Below are positions 45,960 through 55,866 of a stretch of 64,000 nt of DNA, one piece after another; position 1 is the stretch's first letter, and each line of letters starts with the position of its first letter. Location: positions 16,257-80,256 of the IMG/VR virus record IMGVR_UViG_3300046543_000082. One strand, written 5' to 3'. Both the position numbers and the translations under genes were made by a program. The stretch is from a virus. A model generated the notes under the pieces. It worked only from the letters and a program-made list of their open reading frames with translations. It made no database searches and was not told where the DNA came from.

Positions 45960-46256
45960 TTAGACCGATGCCTTCGAGAACCAGCCGTAATCGCCGGTCG
46001 ACATGTTGGTTGCCGGCGACGTGTATGCGCCCGCCGATGCCGTCACGAGGAAGGTCACCGGGTCGACCGTGCAAGCGGTCGTGGATGCAGTGATCGAAGC
46101 ATTGGCCTTGCCAAAGACGTAGCGCAAGCCGTTGCTGCCGAAGACTTGCTCGCCGAGGTTGACGGGCACAGTCCGAGCGCCCGATGCAATGTCGGTTGCA
46201 AGGATCGTGTTAATCAGATCGAAGCCGATCTGGGGAGTGACTGAGAAAGCTGGCAT
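45960..46256 (-). CDS. Capsid decoration-like protein
   Basis: LGEQVFGSNG..YVF.KA...GDYGWF; downstream of MCP. Confidence 0.55.
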   Translation of the reverse strand: MPAFSVTPQIGFDLINTILATDIASGARTVPVNLGEQVFGSNGLRYVFGKANASITASTTACTVDPVTFLVTASAGAYTSPATNMSTGDYGWFSKASV

Positions 46257-46257
46257 T

Positions 46258-46719
46258 TCACTGCTCCTTGAATTTGGTTGTCTTGCCGAGATCGATTCTG
46301 CTGATAGTCGTCTGATGAACGCCGAACTTATCCGCTACCTCTTGTTGACTAGCGCCGGCTTCCAACAAATCCAAGATTTCCGCGACTTGTGCCCGCGTAA
46401 ACCGGCTTTTGGTGCCTCGCCTGCCCTTCGCATCCATATCTGCAACGTTGTCGGCCAAGCTACCCAAAGCAAGATGCTCGGGGTTGACGCACAGCCGGTT
46501 GTCGCATCTATGCATGACGACCATCCCATTAGGAATGGTTCCCTTGAAAAACGCGTAAGAGGCGCGATGGGCGGTAAGTGTCCTGTGATTTTCATCCATG
46601 AACTTACCGTAGCCACCGCGAGCCAAACCCGCTTGCCACTCATGACAACCAGATTCGACTTGCTTCACTTTGTCCAGAAATCGCTTAACAGGATCGACAG
46701 GGGGTCTACCGCCGGGCAT
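46258..46719 (-). CDS. Free-standing HNH homing endonuclease
   Basis: C.EW...GYG.F...AHR.SY, V.HRCDN..CVNP.HL..G....N..DM..KGR, C-terminal HTH. Confidence 0.88.
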   Translation of the reverse strand: MPGGRPPVDPVKRFLDKVKQVESGCHEWQAGLARGGYGKFMDENHRTLTAHRASYAFFKGTIPNGMVVMHRCDNRLCVNPEHLALGSLADNVADMDAKGRRGTKSRFTRAQVAEILDLLEAGASQQEVADKFGVHQTTISRIDLGKTTKFKEQ

Positions 46720-46779
46720 GGAAAACTCCTAAGGGTTAGTTAGGATATTTTACCATTTATGCGAGTAAACCCCGCATAA

Positions 46780-47784
46780 TCACGCGATCAAAACTCCGCT
46801 GAACTGCGGACCACGGGACGTCAAGTTGCCGGCCCACCCGATCAATTTGGTGACCGCATCCTGGTTGACTGCCTGACGCTCGCCACCGATCGGCACGAAG
46901 TTGCGGTCACGGTGCGGCCGGAACGAGATGTACTTCGTGTTGAGACCCCACATGTGATTCGCCGTCGCGTTGGCGCCGATACCGCCATCAAGCACGACAT
47001 CCGAAGCCATGCCGCCGCCGTAGAACTTGACAGCCGGGAAGCCAGCGCCTGCGAGCTTCGTGTTGCCGTCGCTCATGACGCGCTGCTGAGCAACCATCGA
47101 TGCGATGTACATCGAGTAGTAGTTGTTATCAGCAACAAACAGGTCCATACGGTCACGACCGCGAACCGCCTTGAGAGCGAGCTGCGTCATGTAGTTCTGG
47201 ATGTTCGCAGCAGAGACAGCAGCACCGCCGTTGGTCGTACCCGAGAACACCTGCGATTGCCAGAAGGCGAACGATGCGCGATTGATACCGCCATACGTGC
47301 CCGAGGTCGGCGCATCCGGAATAGCCGCAGCCAGACCGGTGATGTTCTTGCCGCTATTGCCCGTGCCATCGAGATAGATGTCGGCCGCAATACGGTTGAT
47401 CAGTTGCGATTCGGCGATGTCCATACGCGAATCGAGCAGGTCGATGATTGCCTCTTTCGACGAGTTCTGAAGCATTTCCAGACCCGAGATGGTCACAGCC
47501 GCCGCGTACTGCTGGATCGAGAACTGAGCCGCCGAAATCGGGCTGTTCGGCGCGATGTTCAGAACTTCGTAGCCCGAGTACGAGTTGACGTTGGTCGTCG
47601 TCGCGTCGGTGTACATGATTTCTTCCAAAATCACGTTACCGCCGCCGAACGGACGGACATTCCCACGCTCACGCAGAACCATGAGCAGGGCGTTGTTGTT
47701 TGTTACGTTGTCAGCGAGTTCGCCGCTACGAGATTGGATGGTCGTGGCGATGATGTCGCTGATTGCTCCATTGGCGAATGCCAT
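46780..47784 (-). CDS. Major capsid protein (phage B)
   Basis: ATTIQSRSG.LADNV..NNALL, GG..I.E.I, YSGYE.L; after scaffold. Confidence 0.85.
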   Translation of the reverse strand: MAFANGAISDIIATTIQSRSGELADNVTNNNALLMVLRERGNVRPFGGGNVILEEIMYTDATTTNVNSYSGYEVLNIAPNSPISAAQFSIQQYAAAVTISGLEMLQNSSKEAIIDLLDSRMDIAESQLINRIAADIYLDGTGNSGKNITGLAAAIPDAPTSGTYGGINRASFAFWQSQVFSGTTNGGAAVSAANIQNYMTQLALKAVRGRDRMDLFVADNNYYSMYIASMVAQQRVMSDGNTKLAGAGFPAVKFYGGGMASDVVLDGGIGANATANHMWGLNTKYISFRPHRDRNFVPIGGERQAVNQDAVTKLIGWAGNLTSRGPQFSGVLIA

Positions 47785-47805
47785 GTGTCGCTCCTATCAG
47801 TGAAA

Positions 47806-48864
47806 TCAAATACGGCTTGCGGTCGCTTGGTCGAAGGATTCTTCCAGTGCCGCTCGCCGTCCTTTCGGTGCCCCGCCTGTCGTTGCCGCGACTGCGCCGG
47901 GTGTGGCCGTCCGCGTGCTGACTGCGTTCGCTTTGGCTGCTTTCGCTGCCTTATCCGCCTCGATCCGACGTTGCTTCTCCGCTGCATCGCGTTGTGTCGC
48001 CTGATGCTTCGTGAAAAGTTCGTCGTTCAAGCGGAGCGCCTTCGAATAGGCGCTATCAAGATCCGTAGCCATGCCCGCTTGTAGCAGGCGCTGCATCTCC
48101 GGTCCCAATTGATCTACATACGGATGCGATGACCTGAAGTTTTCGACTTCGGCCACCGCAGCCGCCTGAATCTGTGCGTGTTGCTGGTTCTGGTACTGCG
48201 ACATCTGGTTTTCCAGATCGCGTGCGCGCTGTTGCGCTGCCATCACGTTCGGATCGATGTGATGTTGCATGTGCTGCGGCAATGCCGCGCTTTGCTGCAA
48301 CATCTGCTGGAGCGGGATGCCGACTGCATGAGCCACATTCACCAGCGTTTGAATCTTCGTCGCCTCGTCGCCGGTCGCAAGCAACTTGCGGGTGTAGAGC
48401 AGATCGCGGACAACCACTTCCGGTTGGACGCCCTGATGGCGAAGTTCGTCGAGATGCGGCTGGATTGATTGAACGATCGGCTCGACCTTCGCGCGGTAGT
48501 CATCGAATCCGCGCTGGCTTTCCTGCTCGCGCTGGTGGATGTACTTCGCGACTTCGGGATCAAGCTTGTCCCAATGGGCGCGCTGATCGGCCTTCCATGA
48601 CTTCGGCGGCTCGGGGCGCTCTGTTGCTACCGGCTGCGCCTCGACGCCTGCTACAGCATCCGCAGACGGCGCGACAGGTGCTTTCGGAGCGAAGCGGCCC
48701 GATTCATCACGCGACCGGCCTTCGTTCTCTACCGGCTCGGCGCTGATGTTCTCGACGCTCGGCGCATCGACTACAACCTCATGCACCGGATCGGCCGGCG
48801 CGTCGGTTACCGATTGGTCGATCGCTTCCAGCGCTTCTGCTAAATCTTCTCTGCGGGTTCCCAT
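47806..48864 (-). CDS. Capsid scaffolding protein
   Basis: RDESGRFA, PP.SW.....W.KL....YI.QRE, L..AY.KA. Confidence 0.75.
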   Translation of the reverse strand: MGTRREDLAEALEAIDQSVTDAPADPVHEVVVDAPSVENISAEPVENEGRSRDESGRFAPKAPVAPSADAVAGVEAQPVATERPEPPKSWKADQRAHWDKLDPEVAKYIHQREQESQRGFDDYRAKVEPIVQSIQPHLDELRHQGVQPEVVVRDLLYTRKLLATGDEATKIQTLVNVAHAVGIPLQQMLQQSAALPQHMQHHIDPNVMAAQQRARDLENQMSQYQNQQHAQIQAAAVAEVENFRSSHPYVDQLGPEMQRLLQAGMATDLDSAYSKALRLNDELFTKHQATQRDAAEKQRRIEADKAAKAAKANAVSTRTATPGAVAATTGGAPKGRRAALEESFDQATASRI

Positions 48865-48878
48865 GGTTTCTCCGTGGC

Positions 48879-49229
48879 TTATTTAAGCGCGTTGACTTGG
48901 TCGATGATCTTTTGCTTACGCGCTTTCTTCGACTCGGGCGTAAGGTCGATCTTTTCTTTTGGCTTCAGGTACTTCGTTTCATTGCCAATCTCGATGCAGT
49001 TGTGCGCCTTCAGGTGTGCGCGATGATGCGATCGGGAAGAGATCATTTCACCGGTAATCATCGAGCGATATGGCGACATGTCGGCCGCCACGAAGGGAGC
49101 GCTGACGACGCGCTGCACCTCCCCGCCGCATTCGTTGCACTCGGGAATATCCTTGTCGCGCTCGGCAACAGAGCGATACACGGCATCGTCCCTGCCGCAG
49201 GACTGGCATTTCGTTGCGTAGAGAGGCAT
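48879..49229 (-). CDS. FmdB-like zinc-ribbon protein
   Basis: MPLY...C..CG...C..CGG...RV.S; PY.S.ITG..ISSRS.HR.HLK.HNC.E.GNE. Confidence 0.7.
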   Translation of the reverse strand: MPLYATKCQSCGRDDAVYRSVAERDKDIPECNECGGEVQRVVSAPFVAADMSPYRSMITGEMISSRSHHRAHLKAHNCIEIGNETKYLKPKEKIDLTPESKKARKQKIIDQVNALK

Positions 49230-49232
49230 GGG

Positions 49233-51446
49233 TTATTCGCCGGATTCGGCTGTACGCGCCGCGCTGATCTGCGCTGCGTCGAGAGTGGTTTCAGCGGAGA
49301 TTTCCGCGACTTCGATGGCGCGGGCGTTGTTCAGGTGAGCAATCAGCACTTGCATCTGCGCCTGCATCTCGGATTTCTGCGCGTCCATCATCATGCGCAT
49401 CTGCTCCAAACGCTGCTCTTGCTCGGCCTTCATCTGGTCCCGATGCATTTCAAGCACTTGCTCTTGCGTCGCCTGGCGCGCTTGGGCTTCCTGCTCGGCA
49501 TTGGCCGTCTGTTGCGCGAGATGCGCTTTCAGCATTTCAAGTTGGCCTTGCTGCTGCATCTTGGCCTGCTCAATCTGATTGCGCCCCTGCTCCATCTGCA
49601 TGTCGATCTGCGCACCGGCCTGCTTCTCTTGGATGCGCGCTTGCGACTCAGCCTGAACCTTCTGGATTTCGATCGGAGGCGGCTTGGGCTGTCCGGCCTG
49701 CGCCTGAAGCTGCTTCGTCAGCGTCTCCGCGGCGTTGTCGATCATCCCTTCCAGCGTCTTGCCGGCCTTGAACGCTGACACGCCGAACTTGAGGATTTCG
49801 ACCAGCACGGGTGCCAATTCAGGCGTCGCCTGCGCGGCCGGGACGGCTTGCTGAAGGAACTTGCTGACCATCTCGACGAACTCGATACGGTCCTGCTTCT
49901 GCGCGTCCTCGTCGATCTGCACCAGAGAGTCAGCGTCGACCTCGATCCGGAACGAGCGCAGCACCTTGTTGCGCAGCATCTGGAGCGCTTGCGGCACGAG
50001 TTGCTGATCTTCGGGCAGCAACTGTCCGGCGGACGCCATCTGAAGGATCGTCTGATCGCTGAACTTGCCGCAAATGACCTGTGCTTTGAGGCGCAACAGT
50101 TCAGTCGCGTAGATCGCAACGTCTTCCTGAGTCGTGCGCAGCCGTACCGCGCCGAAACGTGCCTTGATACCCTGAGCCGTCGCCGTCTCTGCCGCGTCAG
50201 TCTCGCCGCGCATGATGTCGGCAATACCGGTCAGCGCGTAAATCTGTTGGACGACGTTCTCGCGCGCCTCGAATGCGATCTGCAATGCCTGTGCGATCGG
50301 CCCAAGGTCAATGATGTCGACAGCGCCTTTCAATCCGCCCTTCTCAGCGAACGCTGCAAAGCTCTTGACCGGGATTAGGTCGTTGTTTCCCGTTTCCGTG
50401 AACAGCCGCTGCAATTCCTTGAACTCGGCGTTGTACACGCCGCGCACCTTGAGCGCCTTAATCAGCCCGTCGATGCGATCGCTGATGACATCGAGCTCGT
50501 TCGCCTGGTCCTGATACTGGATGAAGTCAGGGACCGGAACGAGCGTATCGCTGGTCGTCGTGCCGAGCAGCGGCTTCGGGCATGGGAAGAAGCCTTCGAG
50601 GCCGAGCGGATCGTCCTTCTCGTCAAGCAACTGCCCCACGGACTTCGACAGCCAGACGGCCTTCTGCGTCTCTATGTCCCAAATCTCATAGACGCATGCC
50701 TGCTTGTTCATCTGCTCTTGGCCGGTCGCCATCTTCGACTCGCCATAGCCCTCTGCGCCCGGCGTCGCATCGAGAGGCACACGCATGGCCGTTTCTTCGC
50801 CGAAGCGCTCGCAGAGCTTCGAATAGGAAAGGTAGACGCGACGCCATACGCATGTAACCTCTTCCCATGTCCGTGCGACCGAATGGCCGAAATCCTTCCA
50901 ATGCACATAGTCGACCGGCGATGTCTCGTCGTCAATCTGCTCAAGTGGCTGATCGTCTGTGATCTGTTCCGCGCCGGCGCCCTCGATCACCGCATCGTCA
51001 TCGCCGTATTCGTCCTCGGACAGCGGCTCCTGCACGCTCGTGACCGGCGCATATCTCACCCATGCCACGCCACGCCCGCACAGGAATCGATCCTGGACGC
51101 TGTTCTTCATCGCCTCCCGGTAATCCGGGTAATGGCGCACTTCAAATTCCAGCGCTCTTTCAAGTAAGAGTGAAGCTACACGCCCGACAGGGTCGCTATC
51201 TCTGAAACGACGGGATACGTCGGGCTGCGGTAGGCGACTGAAGGTTGCTGGAACCAGTGTCTGTACATTGGCCCATAGGATGTTGAAGCGTGCGGACTCG
51301 CTGCCACAGGTGTATTCCTTCGCGTCGTCGCGGTAGCGCTTCGTGATCTTTGTCGAGCGGTCCGTCCACTTGTTGAACGTCTTATCGTAGGCCGTGATAT
51401 AGCCTAGGTAGCGCTCTACTTCGGGCGAACGCGTTGGTTGTGCCAT
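49233..51446 (-). CDS. Portal protein (phage B)
   Basis: FNILWANV..L.P, GRGVAWVRY, FFPCPKP, AETATAQ.IK; long Q-rich coiled-coil tail. Confidence 0.85.
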   Translation of the reverse strand: MAQPTRSPEVERYLGYITAYDKTFNKWTDRSTKITKRYRDDAKEYTCGSESARFNILWANVQTLVPATFSRLPQPDVSRRFRDSDPVGRVASLLLERALEFEVRHYPDYREAMKNSVQDRFLCGRGVAWVRYAPVTSVQEPLSEDEYGDDDAVIEGAGAEQITDDQPLEQIDDETSPVDYVHWKDFGHSVARTWEEVTCVWRRVYLSYSKLCERFGEETAMRVPLDATPGAEGYGESKMATGQEQMNKQACVYEIWDIETQKAVWLSKSVGQLLDEKDDPLGLEGFFPCPKPLLGTTTSDTLVPVPDFIQYQDQANELDVISDRIDGLIKALKVRGVYNAEFKELQRLFTETGNNDLIPVKSFAAFAEKGGLKGAVDIIDLGPIAQALQIAFEARENVVQQIYALTGIADIMRGETDAAETATAQGIKARFGAVRLRTTQEDVAIYATELLRLKAQVICGKFSDQTILQMASAGQLLPEDQQLVPQALQMLRNKVLRSFRIEVDADSLVQIDEDAQKQDRIEFVEMVSKFLQQAVPAAQATPELAPVLVEILKFGVSAFKAGKTLEGMIDNAAETLTKQLQAQAGQPKPPPIEIQKVQAESQARIQEKQAGAQIDMQMEQGRNQIEQAKMQQQGQLEMLKAHLAQQTANAEQEAQARQATQEQVLEMHRDQMKAEQEQRLEQMRMMMDAQKSEMQAQMQVLIAHLNNARAIEVAEISAETTLDAAQISAARTAESGE

Positions 51447-53437
51447 TATTTCACCAGGCTAGAGCTTGACCACGGGGCATTCTGTTGGCCAATCTGGATA
51501 TTCAATCCGAGAGACGGGCCGTAGACATTCGCGCCGCTGTGGAATAGGCGAAGCGTTCCGTCGCCTACATCGACCACGAATGAATCGAAGACCTGCAAGT
51601 TTTCCCACGCATAGGCGCCCGGCACTCCAGCAGCAATGCGGAACGCCCACGTCAGGCCGCCATCCAGTGAAATCCCCTGTCCGATGAACCGGCCAATAGG
51701 CGGATTGCCTGTCTGCGTTTGCGGAACGTAGTCGAATGAGATCAGGTATTGCTGGCCTTCTTTCCCGGGCGGCACGTAGACCGATGGTTCACCAGCCGAG
51801 TCATTGCGGAACAGCCCGACAGGCGGCAGAACAGCAGGGATGGTCCCTGTCTGATCGACCCACGTCGCGCCCAAGTCGCTTGACGTGAGCAAGCCGAACC
51901 GTTTCACGCCATCGCCGCCGAGGCCAGCGCACCACATTTCAATGACCGTGCTCCCCTGACGAACACGCAGCATCGGATCGAAAACGCCCTGATTGCGCCA
52001 GAAGTTATTCGAAGCCGGCACAGTCGCGCTGCAGATCAGACCGACTCGCGTCCACGTGTGCAAGTCTGTGCTCGTCGCCCACCGGATTGTCGTGCCGTTA
52101 TCAGAGACGTACGCCTGATATGTCGTGCCGGCGATCTGAACCGCGCCACCATTGAATGAGAAGAATCCGTCTGTCCCGTTCGCAAGCATTACCGGATTCG
52201 AAACGTCAGCTGTCCAGGGCCCATCAATGGTCGTCGATGTCCACAACCCGAGGTTCAGGATGTTTGAATTTGCTGCATTCCCATTCGTCACATGCGCGGC
52301 CGCCGTATAACCAGACAGCAGCATGGCCCATCGATTGTTCACGGCATCGAAGAACGGCTCGGGATTGGCGATGTCCGTTGCGTCCCATGTGCCGGCCGAA
52401 CCCTTGGCAATAACCGGAGCGCCAGCATTTGCCGCGAGCGCCGTAAAGACGGGCCAGTTGTAATTGAGTCCTACCAGCGACTGAACCTTTATCGGGCCCC
52501 ACGTTGCGTTGCCGCCAGATGGTCCATTGACGCCCATGTAAATACCGCACTTGGTCGCTGTCTGGAATAGCGTCGACACGATCGACGAAATCTGGACGCC
52601 ATTTACCCAAATCGTGATGTTTTGGCCAACGCAATCCACGCGAACAGCCGTGATGGCGTTATTAATTACAGTTGCGTCCGCGATGTACGCCTGATCGAAC
52701 TGCGTGCCGCCCTGCTTGTTGTAGAGCGTGACGCGGTTATAGCGCGGATCAACCTGGATACCCCAGTTATTGCCCGCGTCCACGTAACGGAACATCATGA
52801 CTGCGATCACGCACAGATTGCCATCCGGCGTGAACGATGACATCGGACACGTGATGGTGAAATCCGACACGCCAGCATCGAAGACGTTGGCATTGGCGTT
52901 CACTTGAATAGCCGCCTGAGCCTTTCCGCTGCCGTTCAGCGTGAAAGCGCCAGCCGCGTTCGTGGTCCATGTCTTGTTGCCGATGTTCGTCGGTCGTGAT
53001 TCGACAAACGTGCCGGCCGTCCCAATGAAATCGTCTTCGGCAAAGATTGACGCACCGCCGCCGAGACTAGGCGCCCACGCATTGTTTCCGAGACAGTAGA
53101 AGTCGCCCGTCTGTCCGCCTGCAAGCGATGCAGATGCAGCCGCATTGAGGAAACTACCGCCAATCGGCGGATATACCAGCATCGGCGTCGACGAAGCATT
53201 GACGATGACGTATATGTCGCCGGCGACTGCGGTCATGCTGACCATGTTTTGCGCCGGCAGCCGAACACCAGACGACGCAGGCACGTTCGAGAACACGCTG
53301 AAGTCGTTGCTGATCAGGGTTGCGTTAGCTTGGGTCGTGCCGGCAGCCGTGAGGTTGAGCGCGGGAAGGCCTGCGGTCGTGTTCTGTGCCTGAGCGCCGG
53401 GTACGCCCGACCCCATCAGCTTCGCAAGGGTAGTCAT
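51446..53437 (-). CDS. Fusion: small virion domain + ConA/LamG-like sandwich + beta-propeller glycosidase-like module
   Basis: N-terminal ~127 aa paralogous to 55474-55857; remainder closely similar to 7874-9457. Confidence 0.7.
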   Translation of the reverse strand: MTTLAKLMGSGVPGAQAQNTTAGLPALNLTAAGTTQANATLISNDFSVFSNVPASSGVRLPAQNMVSMTAVAGDIYVIVNASSTPMLVYPPIGGSFLNAAASASLAGGQTGDFYCLGNNAWAPSLGGGASIFAEDDFIGTAGTFVESRPTNIGNKTWTTNAAGAFTLNGSGKAQAAIQVNANANVFDAGVSDFTITCPMSSFTPDGNLCVIAVMMFRYVDAGNNWGIQVDPRYNRVTLYNKQGGTQFDQAYIADATVINNAITAVRVDCVGQNITIWVNGVQISSIVSTLFQTATKCGIYMGVNGPSGGNATWGPIKVQSLVGLNYNWPVFTALAANAGAPVIAKGSAGTWDATDIANPEPFFDAVNNRWAMLLSGYTAAAHVTNGNAANSNILNLGLWTSTTIDGPWTADVSNPVMLANGTDGFFSFNGGAVQIAGTTYQAYVSDNGTTIRWATSTDLHTWTRVGLICSATVPASNNFWRNQGVFDPMLRVRQGSTVIEMWCAGLGGDGVKRFGLLTSSDLGATWVDQTGTIPAVLPPVGLFRNDSAGEPSVYVPPGKEGQQYLISFDYVPQTQTGNPPIGRFIGQGISLDGGLTWAFRIAAGVPGAYAWENLQVFDSFVVDVGDGTLRLFHSGANVYGPSLGLNIQIGQQNAPWSSSSLVK

Positions 53438-53706
53438 CAGCCGACGATCGCTGTTGCGCTGATCGTGCCGCCGACCACGATGTAATGGCCTTGGCCTGCG
53501 GCGAGGTGCATCGGCGTGAAGCCAACCGGCAATAGCACTGTGTCAATCAGCTTCGTGGCCGTCGACGTGGCATTGCTGTCGTAGACAGCCACCGTGCCGG
53601 ATGTCGTGCTCGAGACGAAGATGCCAATCAACGTCTGACCGGGGATTGCGTTGACATTCTTACTCGCGCTGAACAGAACGCCGCCGCCGCTAATGCTCGA
53701 TGCCAT
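53437..53706 (-). CDS. Small beta-rich virion protein
   Basis: Start trimmed to MASSISG; L.GIFVSSTTSGT...YD motif; TAATG-coupled to terL. Confidence 0.55.
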   Translation of the reverse strand: MASSISGGGVLFSASKNVNAIPGQTLIGIFVSSTTSGTVAVYDSNATSTATKLIDTVLLPVGFTPMHLAAGQGHYIVVGGTISATAIVG

Positions 53707-55070
53707 TACAGCCTCCGATGATTCGATACTTGCCGCATGTGATCTTCCCAAACGTCGTTTAGCGTCTCGCTGGCGTCGAAATTGGCCCAGTCAGGCTCAT
53801 GCTTGGGTGCGATGTATTCCGCCTCGCTCATCACCTGCGCGCCATATGCGAACGCGTCAGATGGATGCGAGGCCCAGTTGTGCAGCGGTTCTTTCGAAAA
53901 CACGCCCGTGTCGTCATTCCACTCGTATTCCCACGCGCCAAGGCCATCTAGCCCGGCTTCACATGCGGTACGGTTGAATGCACATTTCGGGATGACCGCG
54001 CGAGCTGCGCTGATCTGGTCAAGTTTCTTGGTCTGCGGCACGACATCGACCTTGCCGCCGCCAAACGCCGCTAGAAACCGCTCCATGCTCGTGTGCTTGC
54101 TTTGGAACGTCTTGGCCCGCGCATCGTGCGGCAGCCATATCTTTCCGAGCTTGGCGCCCATGTCGGTGATGCTCTGCTGAATGCGTGGAATCCAGTCCTC
54201 AGCATCCAGCCCTGAATCACCTTCGTATTTGACGAGGTTGAATCCACCCGGCAGGCGCTGCCAGTACCACCATGAGGCCGTATCGCGGAACCCCAAGTCG
54301 CTGCTGATCTCAATCGGCGCGCCCAATGGGTCGTATTCAATCTCTTCGCTGATCCGGCCTTCGCGCTCTGCGGCGCTGACCCACTTACCAAGGATCGACC
54401 CGGCGATGTTGCCGTATGCGCCTTCCCAGATATGGTCGTACTCTTCTTCCGGCAGGTTCGCTAAGTCACGCTGACGAGCACGCTGCAACACGGAAGGAAA
54501 GCGCGGATTGTCACGCCAGTTCAGTTCGATGATCTTGAACAGCGGGTCTTTCACGCGCCTGAAGCGCAGATCGGTCGGACTACCCTTGCGCCTTGGGTTC
54601 CACGTCACCCACAGTTCGCTAACCTCTTCGCGCAGGGTCGGGATCAGCGTCGACCATGCCATGTTGGTGACTGGCTCGGCCTCGTCCACCCAACACAACA
54701 GAATGCGCGCCTTCGACTTCACACTGTCGATGCTGCGATCTAGCCCGGCGAACTTGTATGAGATGCGCCCGTCTTTCGTGCGGATGTACTTCTCGCCGAT
54801 CTCGAAGAACGCTTCTAGCCACGGCTCAGACCGAATCGCCGCCTTCACTTCCTCTAGCGACGAGTCATCTAGCGAGTTCATGAACTGCCGAGCGCAGAGG
54901 ATGATCCCCTCGCGGCCTTCCATCGCCCACATATAGGCGCGAACGGCGCTCATCTTGGCGAAGGATCGCGTCTTACCTGATCCCCGGCCGCCGTATGCCC
55001 CGCGTATGTCCGCCCTGCCACTGAAGACAGGGATTAGCTTAGGAGGAAGCTGAATCCTGGCTGTTGTCAC
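53706..55070 (-). CDS. terL: Terminase large subunit (PBSX-like)
   Basis: GGRGSGKT, WVDEAE, TWNP, HNWASHPSDAF; homologous to phage A terL. Confidence 0.92.
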   Translation of the reverse strand: MTTARIQLPPKLIPVFSGRADIRGAYGGRGSGKTRSFAKMSAVRAYMWAMEGREGIILCARQFMNSLDDSSLEEVKAAIRSEPWLEAFFEIGEKYIRTKDGRISYKFAGLDRSIDSVKSKARILLCWVDEAEPVTNMAWSTLIPTLREEVSELWVTWNPRRKGSPTDLRFRRVKDPLFKIIELNWRDNPRFPSVLQRARQRDLANLPEEEYDHIWEGAYGNIAGSILGKWVSAAEREGRISEEIEYDPLGAPIEISSDLGFRDTASWWYWQRLPGGFNLVKYEGDSGLDAEDWIPRIQQSITDMGAKLGKIWLPHDARAKTFQSKHTSMERFLAAFGGGKVDVVPQTKKLDQISAARAVIPKCAFNRTACEAGLDGLGAWEYEWNDDTGVFSKEPLHNWASHPSDAFAYGAQVMSEAEYIAPKHEPDWANFDASETLNDVWEDHMRQVSNHRRL

Positions 55071-55347
55071 TCAGCGGCTCCAGGATGATCCGTTGCACGA
55101 CTGTGAGTGGATTTTGCTCATCGCCCGCGACCTGGAGAGGAAGCATCTTCCCCCAAAGCTGGTAGAAAGCGGTCGGATTCTCTCCAGCCCATACTTTCAG
55201 GCTCTCGACACCGCCGATTCCATCGAATGCCTCTGCGAGCGCTTCCTTTACAGCCACGGTCGACTTGTTCAGCGAGCCTTTAGGCCGTCCCTTGCCTGCG
55301 TTGGGCGGCTTCCGGCCTGTAACTTTTCCTTCTTTACTGGTTTCCAT
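55039..55347 (-). CDS. terS: Terminase small subunit
   Basis: GKGRPKGS.NK.T..VKEAL..A...GGVE.L..W..ENP.AF..L.GK.LP.QV.G. Confidence 0.75.
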   Translation of the reverse strand: METSKEGKVTGRKPPNAGKGRPKGSLNKSTVAVKEALAEAFDGIGGVESLKVWAGENPTAFYQLWGKMLPLQVAGDEQNPLTVVQRIILEPLSDNSQDSASS

Positions 55348-55473
55348 CGCTTTTCACATACTTCTGCGCCAGCGTCTCAGCCTGTTGGAGCAGATCGTCG
55401 AGCGACGAGTATTCCCCGTGCGCTTTGATCTGCTCGATAGCCCATTCGCGGGCTTCTGCTGAGATGGTCATGA

Positions 55474-55857
55474 TCAGCCGCCGACGCTCGGCGCCCAGAC
55501 GTTGCCGCCCAGGCAATAGAAGTCGCCTGTCTTGCCGCCAGCGAGAGAAGCTGAGGCTGCGGCGTTGACAAAGCTGCCACCGGTCGGGGGATAAACGAGC
55601 ATTGCTGTTGCGGAAGCGTTGACGACGACATAGATGTCACCGGCAAGCCCGCACATCGACGATGCATTCGCCACGGGAAGGCGCGCGCCAGACGAAGCGG
55701 GGACGGTCGAGAAGACACTGAAGTCGCTGGTAATCGCTGTTGCGTTCGCCTGCGTGGTGCCTGCGGCGGTCAATCCCGATGCGGGAACGCCGGCGGTAGT
55801 TGCCTGTGCTTGGGCTGCCGGCACTCCGGAACCCATGAGCTTCGCGATGGTTGTCAA
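55474..55857 (-). CDS. Stand-alone small virion (decoration-like) domain protein
   Basis: TTG start with AGGAG SD; paralogue of the N-terminus of 51446-53437. Confidence 0.65.
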   Translation of the reverse strand: MTTIAKLMGSGVPAAQAQATTAGVPASGLTAAGTTQANATAITSDFSVFSTVPASSGARLPVANASSMCGLAGDIYVVVNASATAMLVYPPTGGSFVNAAASASLAGGKTGDFYCLGGNVWAPSVGG

Positions 55858-55866
55858 TTTATTCTC

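Noticed and set aside
46727-46745. Phage A operator controlling the phage B HNH gene
   Set aside because: Half-sites are in the opposite orientation and spacing (CCTAA-N7-TTAGG); better explained as an RNA hairpin
46258-46779. Group I intron carrying the HNH gene
   Set aside because: Flanking genes look complete with their own stops and starts, and there is no room for an intron core
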